This document shows positions 1-7,568 of a DNA stretch of 17,791 bases, one piece after another. Position 1 is the stretch's first letter. Every line of letters begins with the position of its first letter. Source of the DNA: a virus. Its lineage: Duplodnaviria > Heunggongvirae > Uroviricota > Caudoviricetes. Position numbers and translations under genes: made by a program. The notes below the pieces were generated by a model. That model did not search any database. It was not told the origin of the DNA and saw nothing but the letters and a program-made list of their open reading frames with translations. The stretch lies in the IMG/VR virus record IMGVR_UViG_2698536647_000006; one strand, given 5' to 3'.

Positions 1-162
1 TCACTGGTAGGCAGGTGCTCGCATCATTTCGCGGAACCTGTCGCGACGGGCTATATCGGCATTAACTGAGCGTTCTATCTCCCGTTGATCTACCTGTGTA
101 AGCTGGTGGCCTCCGTGCTCAAGTTTGGCGATGGTCAATAAGGCTATTTCGCGTGGTGTCAT
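1..162 (-). CDS. Hypothetical small protein (53 aa)
   Basis: Manual minus-strand translation: ATG at 162-160, TGA at 3-1, giving MTPREIALLTIAKLEHGGHQLTQVDQREIERSVNADIARRDRFREMMRAPAYQ. It is below the 60-aa cutoff of the supplied ORF track. Purine-rich AGAGGG lies ~8 nt upstream. No family recognised. Confidence 0.3.
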   Translation of the reverse strand: MTPREIALLTIAKLEHGGHQLTQVDQREIERSVNADIARRDRFREMMRAPAYQ

Positions 163-296
163 ACGTCATACCCTCTGGAAGGATGAAACACGCCCGGATT
201 AAATTTCATTTTTCGCGGGTATAAAAAAACGATGGGGCGGGCAGTCCCGGACAGTCAGGGCTGTAGAGATTTGACTACCCCCTCCCCGCTGGTGGT

Positions 297-578
297 CTAC
301 CTTTGCCTCTTGCCGCCATTTAACCGGAAGGCGTTACCGTTCGGTTGCGCTATCCCCATGCGGTGTTGCGTTTCGGTAACAGCTTTATGCATGTCGCCAA
401 AGTCCTCAACCTTCACGGGCGGGCGCTTCACGTTCTCCAGACACGTTTCACGGCGGCGCTTTATCCATTCCCGATAATCGTCCTCGGTGCATAACAGCAT
501 GACTTCTGCCCATCGTGCGGCAGCTCTCCGGTATAGCCCTTTTGACTCCAGCTCTTCAGCTTTCCTGTCCCTTATCAT
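297..578 (-). CDS. Small putative transcriptional regulator (PerC/Pch-like small prophage regulator?)
   Basis: 93-aa ORF with a GAGAGG RBS-like motif just upstream of the ATG at 578. The N-terminal motif AEELESKGLYRRAAARW resembles small PerC-type prophage regulators; this family call is from memory and not verified. Confidence 0.45.
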   Translation of the reverse strand: MIRDRKAEELESKGLYRRAAARWAEVMLLCTEDDYREWIKRRRETCLENVKRPPVKVEDFGDMHKAVTETQHRMGIAQPNGNAFRLNGGKRQR

Positions 579-606
579 TTCTGCCTCTCAGATTATATAG
601 ATAAGC

Positions 607-735
607 AAAAAGGTGTTGGTTCAGTTGGTTCAGTTGGTTCAATTTGTAAAGAGCGTTGTTTTTATTGTGTTTTTTCTAAAATATTGAACCAACATCAACT
701 CATTTTGAACCAACACAGCCCAGCTCTGAACCAAC
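607..735. repeat. Iteron cluster A: three tandem GTTGGTTCA (615-641) plus three spaced TGAACCAAC (685-693, 706-714, 727-735)
   Basis: Direct reading of the sequence. Positions 607-654 are identical to the reverse complement of 7766-7810. Candidate origin or cis-replication iterons for the nearby primase-helicase. Confidence 0.7.
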
Positions 736-788
736 AACACAGCGATAGATTTGTGATTGGTCCGTTATTTTCTGGCTGATATTTGAGC

Positions 789-820
789 GTATAACAGTGT
801 TATACAGTGGTATACTGTAT
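789..820 (+). promoter_or_regulatory. Tandem ~10-bp repeats TATA(A)CAGTG upstream of the 838 start; operator-like
   Basis: gTATAACAGTG / tTATACAGTG / gTATACTGTA read directly at 789-819, ending 18 nt before the ATG at 838. Tandem short repeats are the usual operator type for RHH repressors. Confidence 0.4.
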
Positions 821-837
821 GGATATTACTCACTGAT

Positions 838-1278
838 ATGGTCTTTGCAATGAGCAAATCTAATCTGATCGCGTTCCGCATCCCATCTGAATTGCAGGAT
901 GAGTTTAATCGGTCTGTTCTCGCTTCTGGAGGGGATAAAACCTCCTGGCTTGTTGATGCGATTCGCATGAAGCTGGGACAGATGGAAAAGTCTATTGATT
1001 CACGAATGCTTGGGCTGGTGGAGCGCATGGAAAAAGCCGCAGCATCGCTTATTGCCGGAAAGCCGAACATCCCACCAAAGCCATATAACGAAACGGCAGT
1101 TATAAAGATCATTGCCGATACCATCCGACAGGGATTTGATAATGGGCGTGTGATAGCTGAACGGCTCAATGAAGCAGGCTACCAAACAAAAGCTGGTAAA
1201 GCGTGGGATAAAGACATTTACAGCGCGTGGAAGCGTCAGGGTAACAATATTAAAAGAATCAATACGCTGCTTCAGTAA
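838..1278 (+). CDS. RHH (Arc/CopG-like) DNA-binding protein, 146 aa
   Basis: The N-terminus NLIAFRIPSELQDEFNRSVLASGGDKTSWLVDAIRMKL fits a strand-helix-helix pattern. The C-terminal segment IAERLNEAGYQTKAGKAWDKDIYSAWKRQ resembles the helical DNA-binding module seen in recombinase-type proteins. Start could be the ATG at 850 (MSKSNL...). Confidence 0.55.
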   Translation: MVFAMSKSNLIAFRIPSELQDEFNRSVLASGGDKTSWLVDAIRMKLGQMEKSIDSRMLGLVERMEKAAASLIAGKPNIPPKPYNETAVIKIIADTIRQGFDNGRVIAERLNEAGYQTKAGKAWDKDIYSAWKRQGNNIKRINTLLQ

Positions 1279-1307
1279 TTGATCAGTGTATAAATGATAT
1301 TTATCGC

Positions 1308-2330
1308 TCAATCGCTCCCTTTCCGCCCTTCAGCTACAGGGTCGTTGTCGGCGATAACAAAACCTAAGTCCTGAGAGAATCTCTCTCGTGGGAATCCTTT
1401 AGCAGGTAAACCCATTGAATCATATCCACATCCGGGAACATTTGGTTTAGAGTCAATAAGGTCTGCAATTTGCCGAAGCCATGTTGATCCCGGACCAAGT
1501 TGTTTAACTAAGTACCAGATAATACAGATCGCGCTAAAAATCCTCTCGCAACTCTCTGGATGGAGATTAAGTCCGTCAAAGTATTCATTATCCGGTACTG
1601 GAACTCGGGGATGCTTTCTATTCCATATTCTGGAATGGTGAGCGCAACGATTCCTTATGAGATTAAGGCACTTCAACCATTTTGCAAATGTCTGCTTATT
1701 ATCAATGCCAAAACGACGTATAATTTTCCCCTGCATATGACCATTAAGCATCGCATAATATTTAGACATCTGACCAAAATCCCAGGTCTCCACCGCCACC
1801 CAAAATGGAATCTCCTTGCCTTGGCTTCGATGCCATTCAATACAGTCATCTCTGCTTTCGTCTAATTTTACTTTTTGCTTATACACCCAATGCTCGAAGG
1901 CAGATGAGAATTTTGGATTAATGTATTTTGATGACATGTAGGCAAGTGGATCATTGCGACCAACCTCATGCGCGATGACTGAACGAACATGAATCTCTAT
2001 TCTTTCGATAGCATCAATCATCAAAAGACGCAGTTTTTTGTCAAAAAGATATAGATCGTACGTCTTCTCGAAACTGGTACCAGCAAGAAATCGGTCTGTT
2101 CTGTACGAAAGACCTTTATCTGTTGTCGCAATAATTCTTGATGGGTACCAAAAACCTGACAATCGATAATATCCAACCTGCGACAGCTTACGTATCGCAC
2201 GATTTCGATCATTGATAATCATGCCACGTTCAAGTAGCAATCCTAGCAATTCGTGATAGTCCTTATGAGGCTTTGCGGCAATCATAGTGGCGAAACAAAA
2301 GATAATAAAAGGCCCGACCGTGAAACTCAC
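1308..2330 (-). CDS. Abi_2 family abortive-infection protein (AbiD/AbiF-like)
   Basis: Length ~325-340 aa. N-terminal KPHKDYHELLGLLLERGMIINDRNRAIRKLSQVGYYRLSGFWYP and C-terminal LNLIRNRCAHHSRIWN match motifs I associate with lactococcal AbiD/AbiF-type proteins. The true start is probably the internal ATG at 2285 (MIAAKPHK...). Confidence 0.7.
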   Translation of the reverse strand: MSFTVGPFIIFCFATMIAAKPHKDYHELLGLLLERGMIINDRNRAIRKLSQVGYYRLSGFWYPSRIIATTDKGLSYRTDRFLAGTSFEKTYDLYLFDKKLRLLMIDAIERIEIHVRSVIAHEVGRNDPLAYMSSKYINPKFSSAFEHWVYKQKVKLDESRDDCIEWHRSQGKEIPFWVAVETWDFGQMSKYYAMLNGHMQGKIIRRFGIDNKQTFAKWLKCLNLIRNRCAHHSRIWNRKHPRVPVPDNEYFDGLNLHPESCERIFSAICIIWYLVKQLGPGSTWLRQIADLIDSKPNVPGCGYDSMGLPAKGFPRERFSQDLGFVIADNDPVAEGRKGSD

Positions 2331-2455
2331 ATGCCTGAAATCGGCGGCGGAGAAACAGAGGATCGGGCTCGGTTGCCTGTAACTCTATCCGAAGTTATCC
2401 ACATGTCAATGCACAGTTACTTAGGAAACTAACATAGATACTATCATCACTCACG

Positions 2456-2478
2456 AAAAACCACTATATGTGGTTTTT
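2456..2478. terminator. Perfect inverted repeat AAAAACCAC-TATAT-GTGGTTTTT; possible bidirectional terminator or insulator
   Basis: 9-bp arms read directly, flanked by A/T runs on both sides; lies upstream of the Abi gene start. The stem is AT-rich, so terminator strength is uncertain. Confidence 0.35.
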
Positions 2479-3157
2479 ATTCATATCGTTATCCACTACA
2501 GGCTGTGTCAATAATTTTTACCTATTAATTGGGTAATTTCTACATTTTCCTATGCTGGCTAGTTTCTCTACTGAAAAGTTGGCACTCCTTAATCGCTTTT
2601 CGGTTAATACTATCGGTCTTCATATTGCCAGCAGCATACGCCATCCGATAATTTCGATGCTACGCGCGCGTACTTGTCGCAAAATATCAGGCAAAGGCCA
2701 GATTCAGAACGTCGTGATAACCACCAGCACAACATGAGATGTCATGTAACGCGATTTATCACACCAGATACATGTGATTGGTGTACCCGCATAAAACATT
2801 GTCATAGCGCGTCCTGTGCGCATATACGCCGATAATCAACACATCACCACCACTCTGACTTATGTAGAGAACAGTTTCATGGTATCCCCCGCCATCGTGT
2901 GCGTACTGGTCGGACGCAGTTGCAAAAAATTTTGCAACTGATACCCCTCGCGCGCGTACTTGTCTCGAAATTGGTGTTTTGCTGTGGCAGTGATATCAGA
3001 AAAATCTTCCTGTTTCACATAAAGCGGATATGCGCGTACTGTAACGACCCCATCAACTGGGAGCGGATTTGAAATCCCGACCCAAGCTATGTACCAAATG
3101 CCATGTCTTGGATATATGATGATTGCCATTCTAAACAAAGCTAAAGGGAGGGTTGGT

Positions 3158-3508
3158 GTGAATGCTCAGGCTGTCATCATGGTTTTACTTGGTCTGATTG
3201 TCGCAAAACTATATCCAGACTGGTGGAAAGGGGTATTAGCAACTGTCGCCATCTATTTGCTTTTATCCGTCGTTAAGCGATCGTTCGTTAAGACCGTAAA
3301 TCAAGCAAAACGTTTCTCATTTAAGAATTTAATAAACTATATTACTGGGCTTATTTTTTGCCTTTCAATTTTGATCGCTTCAGCTTTTTTGCCCGTATCA
3401 ATAGCTAATTTTTTTGGCGCACCATATGAGGTAGGTTATCTATTCTCTGTTTTTTGTCTTGTTCTTTCCCTTCTTTACCTATGGATGAGAGCAAAGAACA
3501 AAAATTAG
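3158..3508 (+). CDS. Small integral membrane protein (~116 aa, four predicted TM helices); candidate immunity/partner protein
   Basis: Four hydrophobic stretches of ~15-23 residues. Strong RBS AAGGGAGG (3144-3151) sits 6 nt before the GTG at 3158; the ORF-track start at 3089 has no RBS. Convergent with the 701-aa gene. Confidence 0.5.
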   Translation: MNAQAVIMVLLGLIVAKLYPDWWKGVLATVAIYLLLSVVKRSFVKTVNQAKRFSFKNLINYITGLIFCLSILIASAFLPVSIANFFGAPYEVGYLFSVFCLVLSLLYLWMRAKNKN

Positions 3509-3522
3509 CCATCCATGGCTAA
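3500..3522 (-). terminator. Hairpin TTAGCCAT-CC-ATGGCTAA in the 18-nt gap between convergent stop codons, followed by TTTTT on the minus strand
   Basis: Read directly between stop 3506-3508 (+) and stop 3527-3529 (-). On the minus strand the stem is followed immediately by a T5 run, fitting an intrinsic terminator for the cargo operon. Confidence 0.45.
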
Positions 3523-3526
3523 CCAG

Positions 3527-5632
3527 TTATTGAGATTCTTTTTGTGATGCCTGTGCGACTCTGGTGAGCGATTGTGTGACCGTACTGATCGCTCTGTCAT
3601 ATGCTGTGCTACCTTTTGGCGTATTTGCCAGACGTAACAAGGCATTTCGTATAACAGGGCTTTCGTATGCCTTCGCTGCTCCGCCTACGACACCAGCAGC
3701 AGGAACAACAAACGCAGCCGTTTTTAGCATCCCCGCTAATACTGCTGCGTTTATGATGCCACCACCAACTAACAATCCATAAAGCTGCTGACCATTTAAG
3801 TTTTGAACGTTCGCTTTTGCCGCGTGTCTTGTATCATTGAGGTATTTAATAACGCCGTCCAGTTCCTTTCCATATACGCCTTTAAAGAAAGTTGCTGATT
3901 GCTTCCTGTTCCGGTGTAACGCATTAATAAACTTCTCAACACTGATATTTCCAGACGGATCAGTCGCCTTATCTACAGCATTCTGAACTATGGCGGCTCG
4001 TGCGTTTTGCCTACCATTGTCATCCAGAAGCCTGTAAAGCTGAGAACGTTCTGATGGGTTTTGGCTAAAAACGAGTTTTGTTACATCCTCAGGCGTGGCC
4101 TTGCCGCTGGCTATTGCCTTTTGAACGCGCGTTCTTCCCATCATGTCATTGAATCTAGCCCATGAGCGATCAACCCTAGACATATTGGTAGCTTCTTCTG
4201 AGCCTAGTTTTTGGGATACTGCTTTTTTCATATCCGCTGTATATGCCTTGTAGACAATATCGCTGGCTTTCTGGAGCGTGTCTTTATCAACAGTCTCGTT
4301 TGAATTCATGAACCGCTTTCGAAGGTCAGTTCTGTTTTCTCTCGCCAGACGCAGGTCATTGGGTCCGCTGGTGATATCGTCTTTAAATTGCTGCAAGACT
4401 TTTACCGCGGCTCTATCCTGAGATTTGCCCGGTCGGCTTAACACGGCAATCTGATTGTCGATAGCTTTTACCGTGTTTGAGAGATCGACAGGGGTATCCC
4501 CCATAGCGTCAATTATGCGGTTATATCGCTTTCCTGCTGCCTCAATGAATTTTTGCTGCCCTTTAGTCGCAGACTCATAAAGCTGTTTATCTGAAATTCC
4601 CCCCAGACCATCGCTAAATGTTCTGACTAAATTTTCTCGTGCTTGTTGTTGATTCAGTCGGTTCTTACCGGTTCCAAAAAAAGGAAGTCTTTCGCCTAAT
4701 GTCTGAGCCTGACTCTGCATAAAGGTTTTATCTTTCAGCATGTCACTGGTCATTAACGGCAGATTTCTTTCCGATGCAAAGTCGACAGCAGCCTTTGCTT
4801 CAGGCGACATATCACCACGAACAGCCCTCGAAACCGCACTCGCTGTATTTTCCAGCCCCTTACCAATACCACCAATGCCAGCAGAAATTACCGTTTGTAA
4901 CGGATCAATATCTTCTCCACCAGCAAGGCTGGTGGCTCCCTGTAGTGCTAAATCTGTAGCTGCTGATTTTCCTATGGCACCAAGCACCGTTCCAGCCCTG
5001 CCCGCTGGTGTAAACGCCAACGCATTAGCAAGAAACGAAGTCAGGTCTTGCGGTGATAAACCCGGCTTGTTTAGGGCATAATCACCTGATGGCAGAGAAA
5101 CGATAGTATTCCCCTTCTCATCCTGCCTTAATGTCGCCCCCATTCCCTGAAGAATCTTTTCCTGAGACGCGTCAGAGCCGAAAAGTTGAGACCATCCAGC
5201 CTTTAAGGCATCCATGCTTAGTGAGTTCAATTCTGGGGCAGAGGCGACATTTTGCAGTCTCTCCATCTCTGGAGTCATTCGGCTTTCGCCTGTTATAGCA
5301 TCGCGCATCGCAGCCCCAAGACTGGCTCCCTGTTCTGCTGAACGCTCAAGCCCCTCTCTTTGCTGAGTAGCTAACTTTGCATACCCTGACGCAAGAGAAT
5401 TATCAGATGATGTATGTTGAATATTTTGAGTTGCTGATTGGGATCGGTCTATTTCATTCGTTGATGGCAGTGGATAGGCAGCATAAAAAGCCTGCTTAGC
5501 CTGCTCTACACTTTCTCCGGCTTGCGGGGCCACGACTTCATTGAAGTATTGCTCCTGAGCCTGCGCTTTTTGTTCTGGTGCTAACGCCTGATACTGTGGA
5601 GAAGCGATAACATCTTTCCATGCTTTAGCCAT
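3527..5632 (-). CDS. Hypothetical 701-aa low-complexity (A/G/Q/S-rich) protein with a C-terminal hydrophobic helical hairpin
   Basis: Long ORF whose ATG (5632-5630) overlaps the upstream stop as TAATG, with GGGG 6 nt upstream. No P-loop or other catalytic motif seen by eye. Hydrophobic segment LYGLLVGGGIINAAVLAGML-KT-AAFVVPAAGVVGGAA lies ~48 residues from the C-terminus. Confidence 0.8.
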   Translation of the reverse strand: MAKAWKDVIASPQYQALAPEQKAQAQEQYFNEVVAPQAGESVEQAKQAFYAAYPLPSTNEIDRSQSATQNIQHTSSDNSLASGYAKLATQQREGLERSAEQGASLGAAMRDAITGESRMTPEMERLQNVASAPELNSLSMDALKAGWSQLFGSDASQEKILQGMGATLRQDEKGNTIVSLPSGDYALNKPGLSPQDLTSFLANALAFTPAGRAGTVLGAIGKSAATDLALQGATSLAGGEDIDPLQTVISAGIGGIGKGLENTASAVSRAVRGDMSPEAKAAVDFASERNLPLMTSDMLKDKTFMQSQAQTLGERLPFFGTGKNRLNQQQARENLVRTFSDGLGGISDKQLYESATKGQQKFIEAAGKRYNRIIDAMGDTPVDLSNTVKAIDNQIAVLSRPGKSQDRAAVKVLQQFKDDITSGPNDLRLARENRTDLRKRFMNSNETVDKDTLQKASDIVYKAYTADMKKAVSQKLGSEEATNMSRVDRSWARFNDMMGRTRVQKAIASGKATPEDVTKLVFSQNPSERSQLYRLLDDNGRQNARAAIVQNAVDKATDPSGNISVEKFINALHRNRKQSATFFKGVYGKELDGVIKYLNDTRHAAKANVQNLNGQQLYGLLVGGGIINAAVLAGMLKTAAFVVPAAGVVGGAAKAYESPVIRNALLRLANTPKGSTAYDRAISTVTQSLTRVAQASQKESQ

Positions 5633-7080
5633 TAATCACCCCATAGTGAAGAAAAGTTACTGCTGGCTGCTGGCTGTGATACCTGTGCAGGTTGAGATTG
5701 CTGCCGCTGAGATTTACCAACATTAACGTTATATTGCTGGTTGTAATTGTCGGTATATTGCTGAATGTCGCGCATTGATTGTTGTAGTGCTTCAGGGCTT
5801 GAGAAATCAGGCTTTGGCATACCCTGAAAATACCTATTGGCCTCTGCTTCGGTGTTGATGCCAGATGCCCCCATATCTCGGGCTGCCGCAATCCCCTGAT
5901 TTTGCATTTTGCCCATGATTCGCTGTGCAGCGTTGTATAGTTTCCTCTCCTCAACACCAGATGCCCGGCTACGAATATCTGCACCAAGAGCAAAAGAACC
6001 TGAAGAACCTGTAATACCTGTCATGAAGCCAAGATCGTCAATTGATGCGCCAGAAATTGCATCAAGATCTTTCTTCATTTCGTAATTCTGCGCATTAGCT
6101 GCCGATGTAGCCGGAGCAGCAATAGAACTTGCGGGGACGCGAATCATATTGCCCTCGTTGTCTATTCCTTCGTAGAACGCATTAGCACCAGCGCCGTGAA
6201 GCTTCCTACCAACCGTTACCGTTCTACCATCTGCCAGTTGCACAACATTCTCCCCGCCAGCAGCAGGACGGCCTCGAACACGAAGATATGTCTTTTGTTG
6301 CTCTGGAGACAGGCTGTTGAAATATTGATATTCTTTAACAGATGCAGGAACAGCACCTCCAGCAGTGCGCAGAGAGTTTTCACGGCTAACAGCAATGCTT
6401 TGCGCCTGTAAACCTTCCCCAGCTTTATTGCTGCGAATCGTCTCTGCCAACTCGCCACGCTCAATATCCCGACCCTCCATTCGATCTTTGATATCGAAGT
6501 ACTTCTCATGACCGAGAGAAAACAGCGCCAGATTACCTGCGAAATGCTGGAAGCCCTGCGGGTCATTAACCTGCATTTCAGCAATAGTTTCTGGAGGGAT
6601 ACCTAAACGACGCATCTCCTGCTCATTATCCATCATGAACCTGCCAAATGCGCCCGGACCAAGCGATGAGGCTACCTGTGCTTTGAGCGCCAGATTGCCA
6701 TAATCATCCCTTTGAGCATCATCGACATAACTCATCCCTTTACGGACTTCCTCAAACTCTTCTGGGAATGCTGTAATAAGATTACGCATCTGCTCCCTGT
6801 CGCCGGACGCATAAGCATCTGCATAACCTTTCTGGAATGCCGCTTTACGCTCCTGCTGTTGCTGCTGCTTATAAATATCAGCAACTCCAGCCAGACCACG
6901 TAACGCGGTCAGACCAACGTTATTTGCACCTGAGCGAGCCAGTTCATTGTTTTCGCGGATCAGACCAAGCGTTGCGTTAATGTCGCTTGCCTTTGGCGCA
7001 TTCTCATTTTGCGTACCGATGCCAGCCAGAAAACCACCAGAATTAATACCCTGTTGCCACGTAGCCATTGATTTACCCAC
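5632..7080 (-). CDS. Hypothetical 482-aa low-complexity (Q/G/A/N-rich) protein, translationally coupled to the 701-aa gene
   Basis: Long ORF with no recognisable enzymatic motif. The track start is GTG at 7080; an alternative ATG at 7068 lies 4 nt after the stop of the 57-codon ORF. Confidence 0.8.
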   Translation of the reverse strand: MGKSMATWQQGINSGGFLAGIGTQNENAPKASDINATLGLIRENNELARSGANNVGLTALRGLAGVADIYKQQQQQERKAAFQKGYADAYASGDREQMRNLITAFPEEFEEVRKGMSYVDDAQRDDYGNLALKAQVASSLGPGAFGRFMMDNEQEMRRLGIPPETIAEMQVNDPQGFQHFAGNLALFSLGHEKYFDIKDRMEGRDIERGELAETIRSNKAGEGLQAQSIAVSRENSLRTAGGAVPASVKEYQYFNSLSPEQQKTYLRVRGRPAAGGENVVQLADGRTVTVGRKLHGAGANAFYEGIDNEGNMIRVPASSIAAPATSAANAQNYEMKKDLDAISGASIDDLGFMTGITGSSGSFALGADIRSRASGVEERKLYNAAQRIMGKMQNQGIAAARDMGASGINTEAEANRYFQGMPKPDFSSPEALQQSMRDIQQYTDNYNQQYNVNVGKSQRQQSQPAQVSQPAASSNFSSLWGD

Positions 7081-7246
7081 GTCCAGTTAAAGTGTAAGCC
7101 AGCGCCTTATCCATTAATCCCCGAGCAATTTCGTGGATCGTTGGCGCAACTCCTACCTCTGATTTTTTACGCTGCTCCTCCTGAATTTTCTTTATCGCTT
7201 CCATTTGCTTCTCACTTATCAATACTGGCTTTACTGAAATAGCCAT
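7073..7246 (-). CDS. Unannotated 57-aa ORF, RHH-like; first gene of the cargo operon
   Basis: Manual translation: ATG 7246-7244, TAA 7075-7073, giving [66 protein letters not shown] lies 4-5 nt upstream. Below the ORF-track cutoff. Confidence 0.45.
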   Translation of the reverse strand: MAISVKPVLISEKQMEAIKKIQEEQRKKSEVGVAPTIHEIARGLMDKALAYTLTGRG

Positions 7247-7261
7247 AACGCCCCCTTAGAA

Positions 7262-7277
7262 CTGTATAAAACAACAG
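7262..7277. promoter_or_regulatory. LexA (SOS) box CTGT-N8-ACAG
   Basis: CTGTATAAAACAACAG read directly, with an AT-rich spacer. About 14/20 positions match the E. coli consensus TACTGTATATATATACAGTA, including both half-sites. A perfect TATAAT on the minus strand (7285-7280) lies just upstream, though no good -35 was found. Confidence 0.55.
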
Positions 7278-7341
7278 TTATTATAGTTTCACAAATCGCA
7301 ATATTCATCATCGTAATTGCAAAATATGAAACAAATAGCAC

Positions 7342-7374
7342 AAAAAAATGCCACCGCTCAGTAGCTGGTGGCAT
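7342..7374 (-). terminator. Rho-independent terminator (minus strand) separating the primase/iteron region from the cargo operon
   Basis: Minus strand reads ATGCCACC-AGCTACTGAGC-GGTGGCAT followed by TTTTTT: an 8-bp GC-rich stem plus T6. Confidence 0.6.
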
Positions 7375-7568
7375 CGTTCTGTATGTCAGGTTTTGACAGG
7401 TTTTTTATGGACTCTAAAAACTATATTTATGGTGTCGCATTACTCTTCACGGCAGGCGCTTTCCAGTTCTGCCCTTGCTTCTGGCTCCATTGGTAATTTG
7501 ATTCGCGATCAGCTATGCGGATGGTTTGCTGAACAGGCATAACAACTTCTCAAAGGCTGTTTTTTGAA

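Noticed and set aside
232-477. 81-aa plus-strand ORF
   Set aside because: Lies antisense within and overlapping the 297-578 minus-strand gene, with no RBS; likely a shadow ORF.
607-641. CRISPR array
   Set aside because: The tandem units are 9 bp with no spacers; the organisation fits replication iterons, not CRISPR repeats.
765-1311. Minus-strand ORFs 765-1169 and 1000-1311
   Set aside because: Antisense to the 838-1278 RHH gene, whose own operator-like repeats and fold pattern support the plus strand; no RBS.
1560-2212. ORFs 1560-1865 (+) and 2021-2212 (-) inside the Abi gene
   Set aside because: Embedded in or antisense to the Abi_2 reading frame, which has recognisable family motifs.
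2552-3138. ORFs 2552-2737 (+) and 2860-3138 (-)
   Set aside because: No RBS; low-complexity, implausible translations in an AT-rich spacer; 2860-3138 collides with the RBS-supported start of the membrane-protein gene. Kept only as a possibility of decayed coding sequence.
4200-4330. Possible P-loop (GAIGKS, GIGGIGKG) in the 701-aa protein
   Set aside because: Spacing does not fit Walker A (G-x4-GK[ST]), and no Walker B follows; judged to be low-complexity coincidence.
3564-6903. Plus-strand and out-of-frame minus-strand ORFs inside the 482/701-aa genes (3564-3782, 4740-5081, 4774-4959, 5625-5993, 6196-6411, 6216-6584, 6712-6903)
   Set aside because: Antisense or alternative-frame shadows of the two long coupled genes, with A/P/T- or Q/L-rich translations typical of non-coding frames.
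5632-7080. Assignment of the 482/701-aa pair to podovirus ejection proteins or to a colicin
   Set aside because: Size, order and composition are suggestive, but I cannot see diagnostic motifs (no TonB/TolB box, no recognisable pore-domain sequence) and there is no surrounding virion module, so both remain hypotheses rather than calls.
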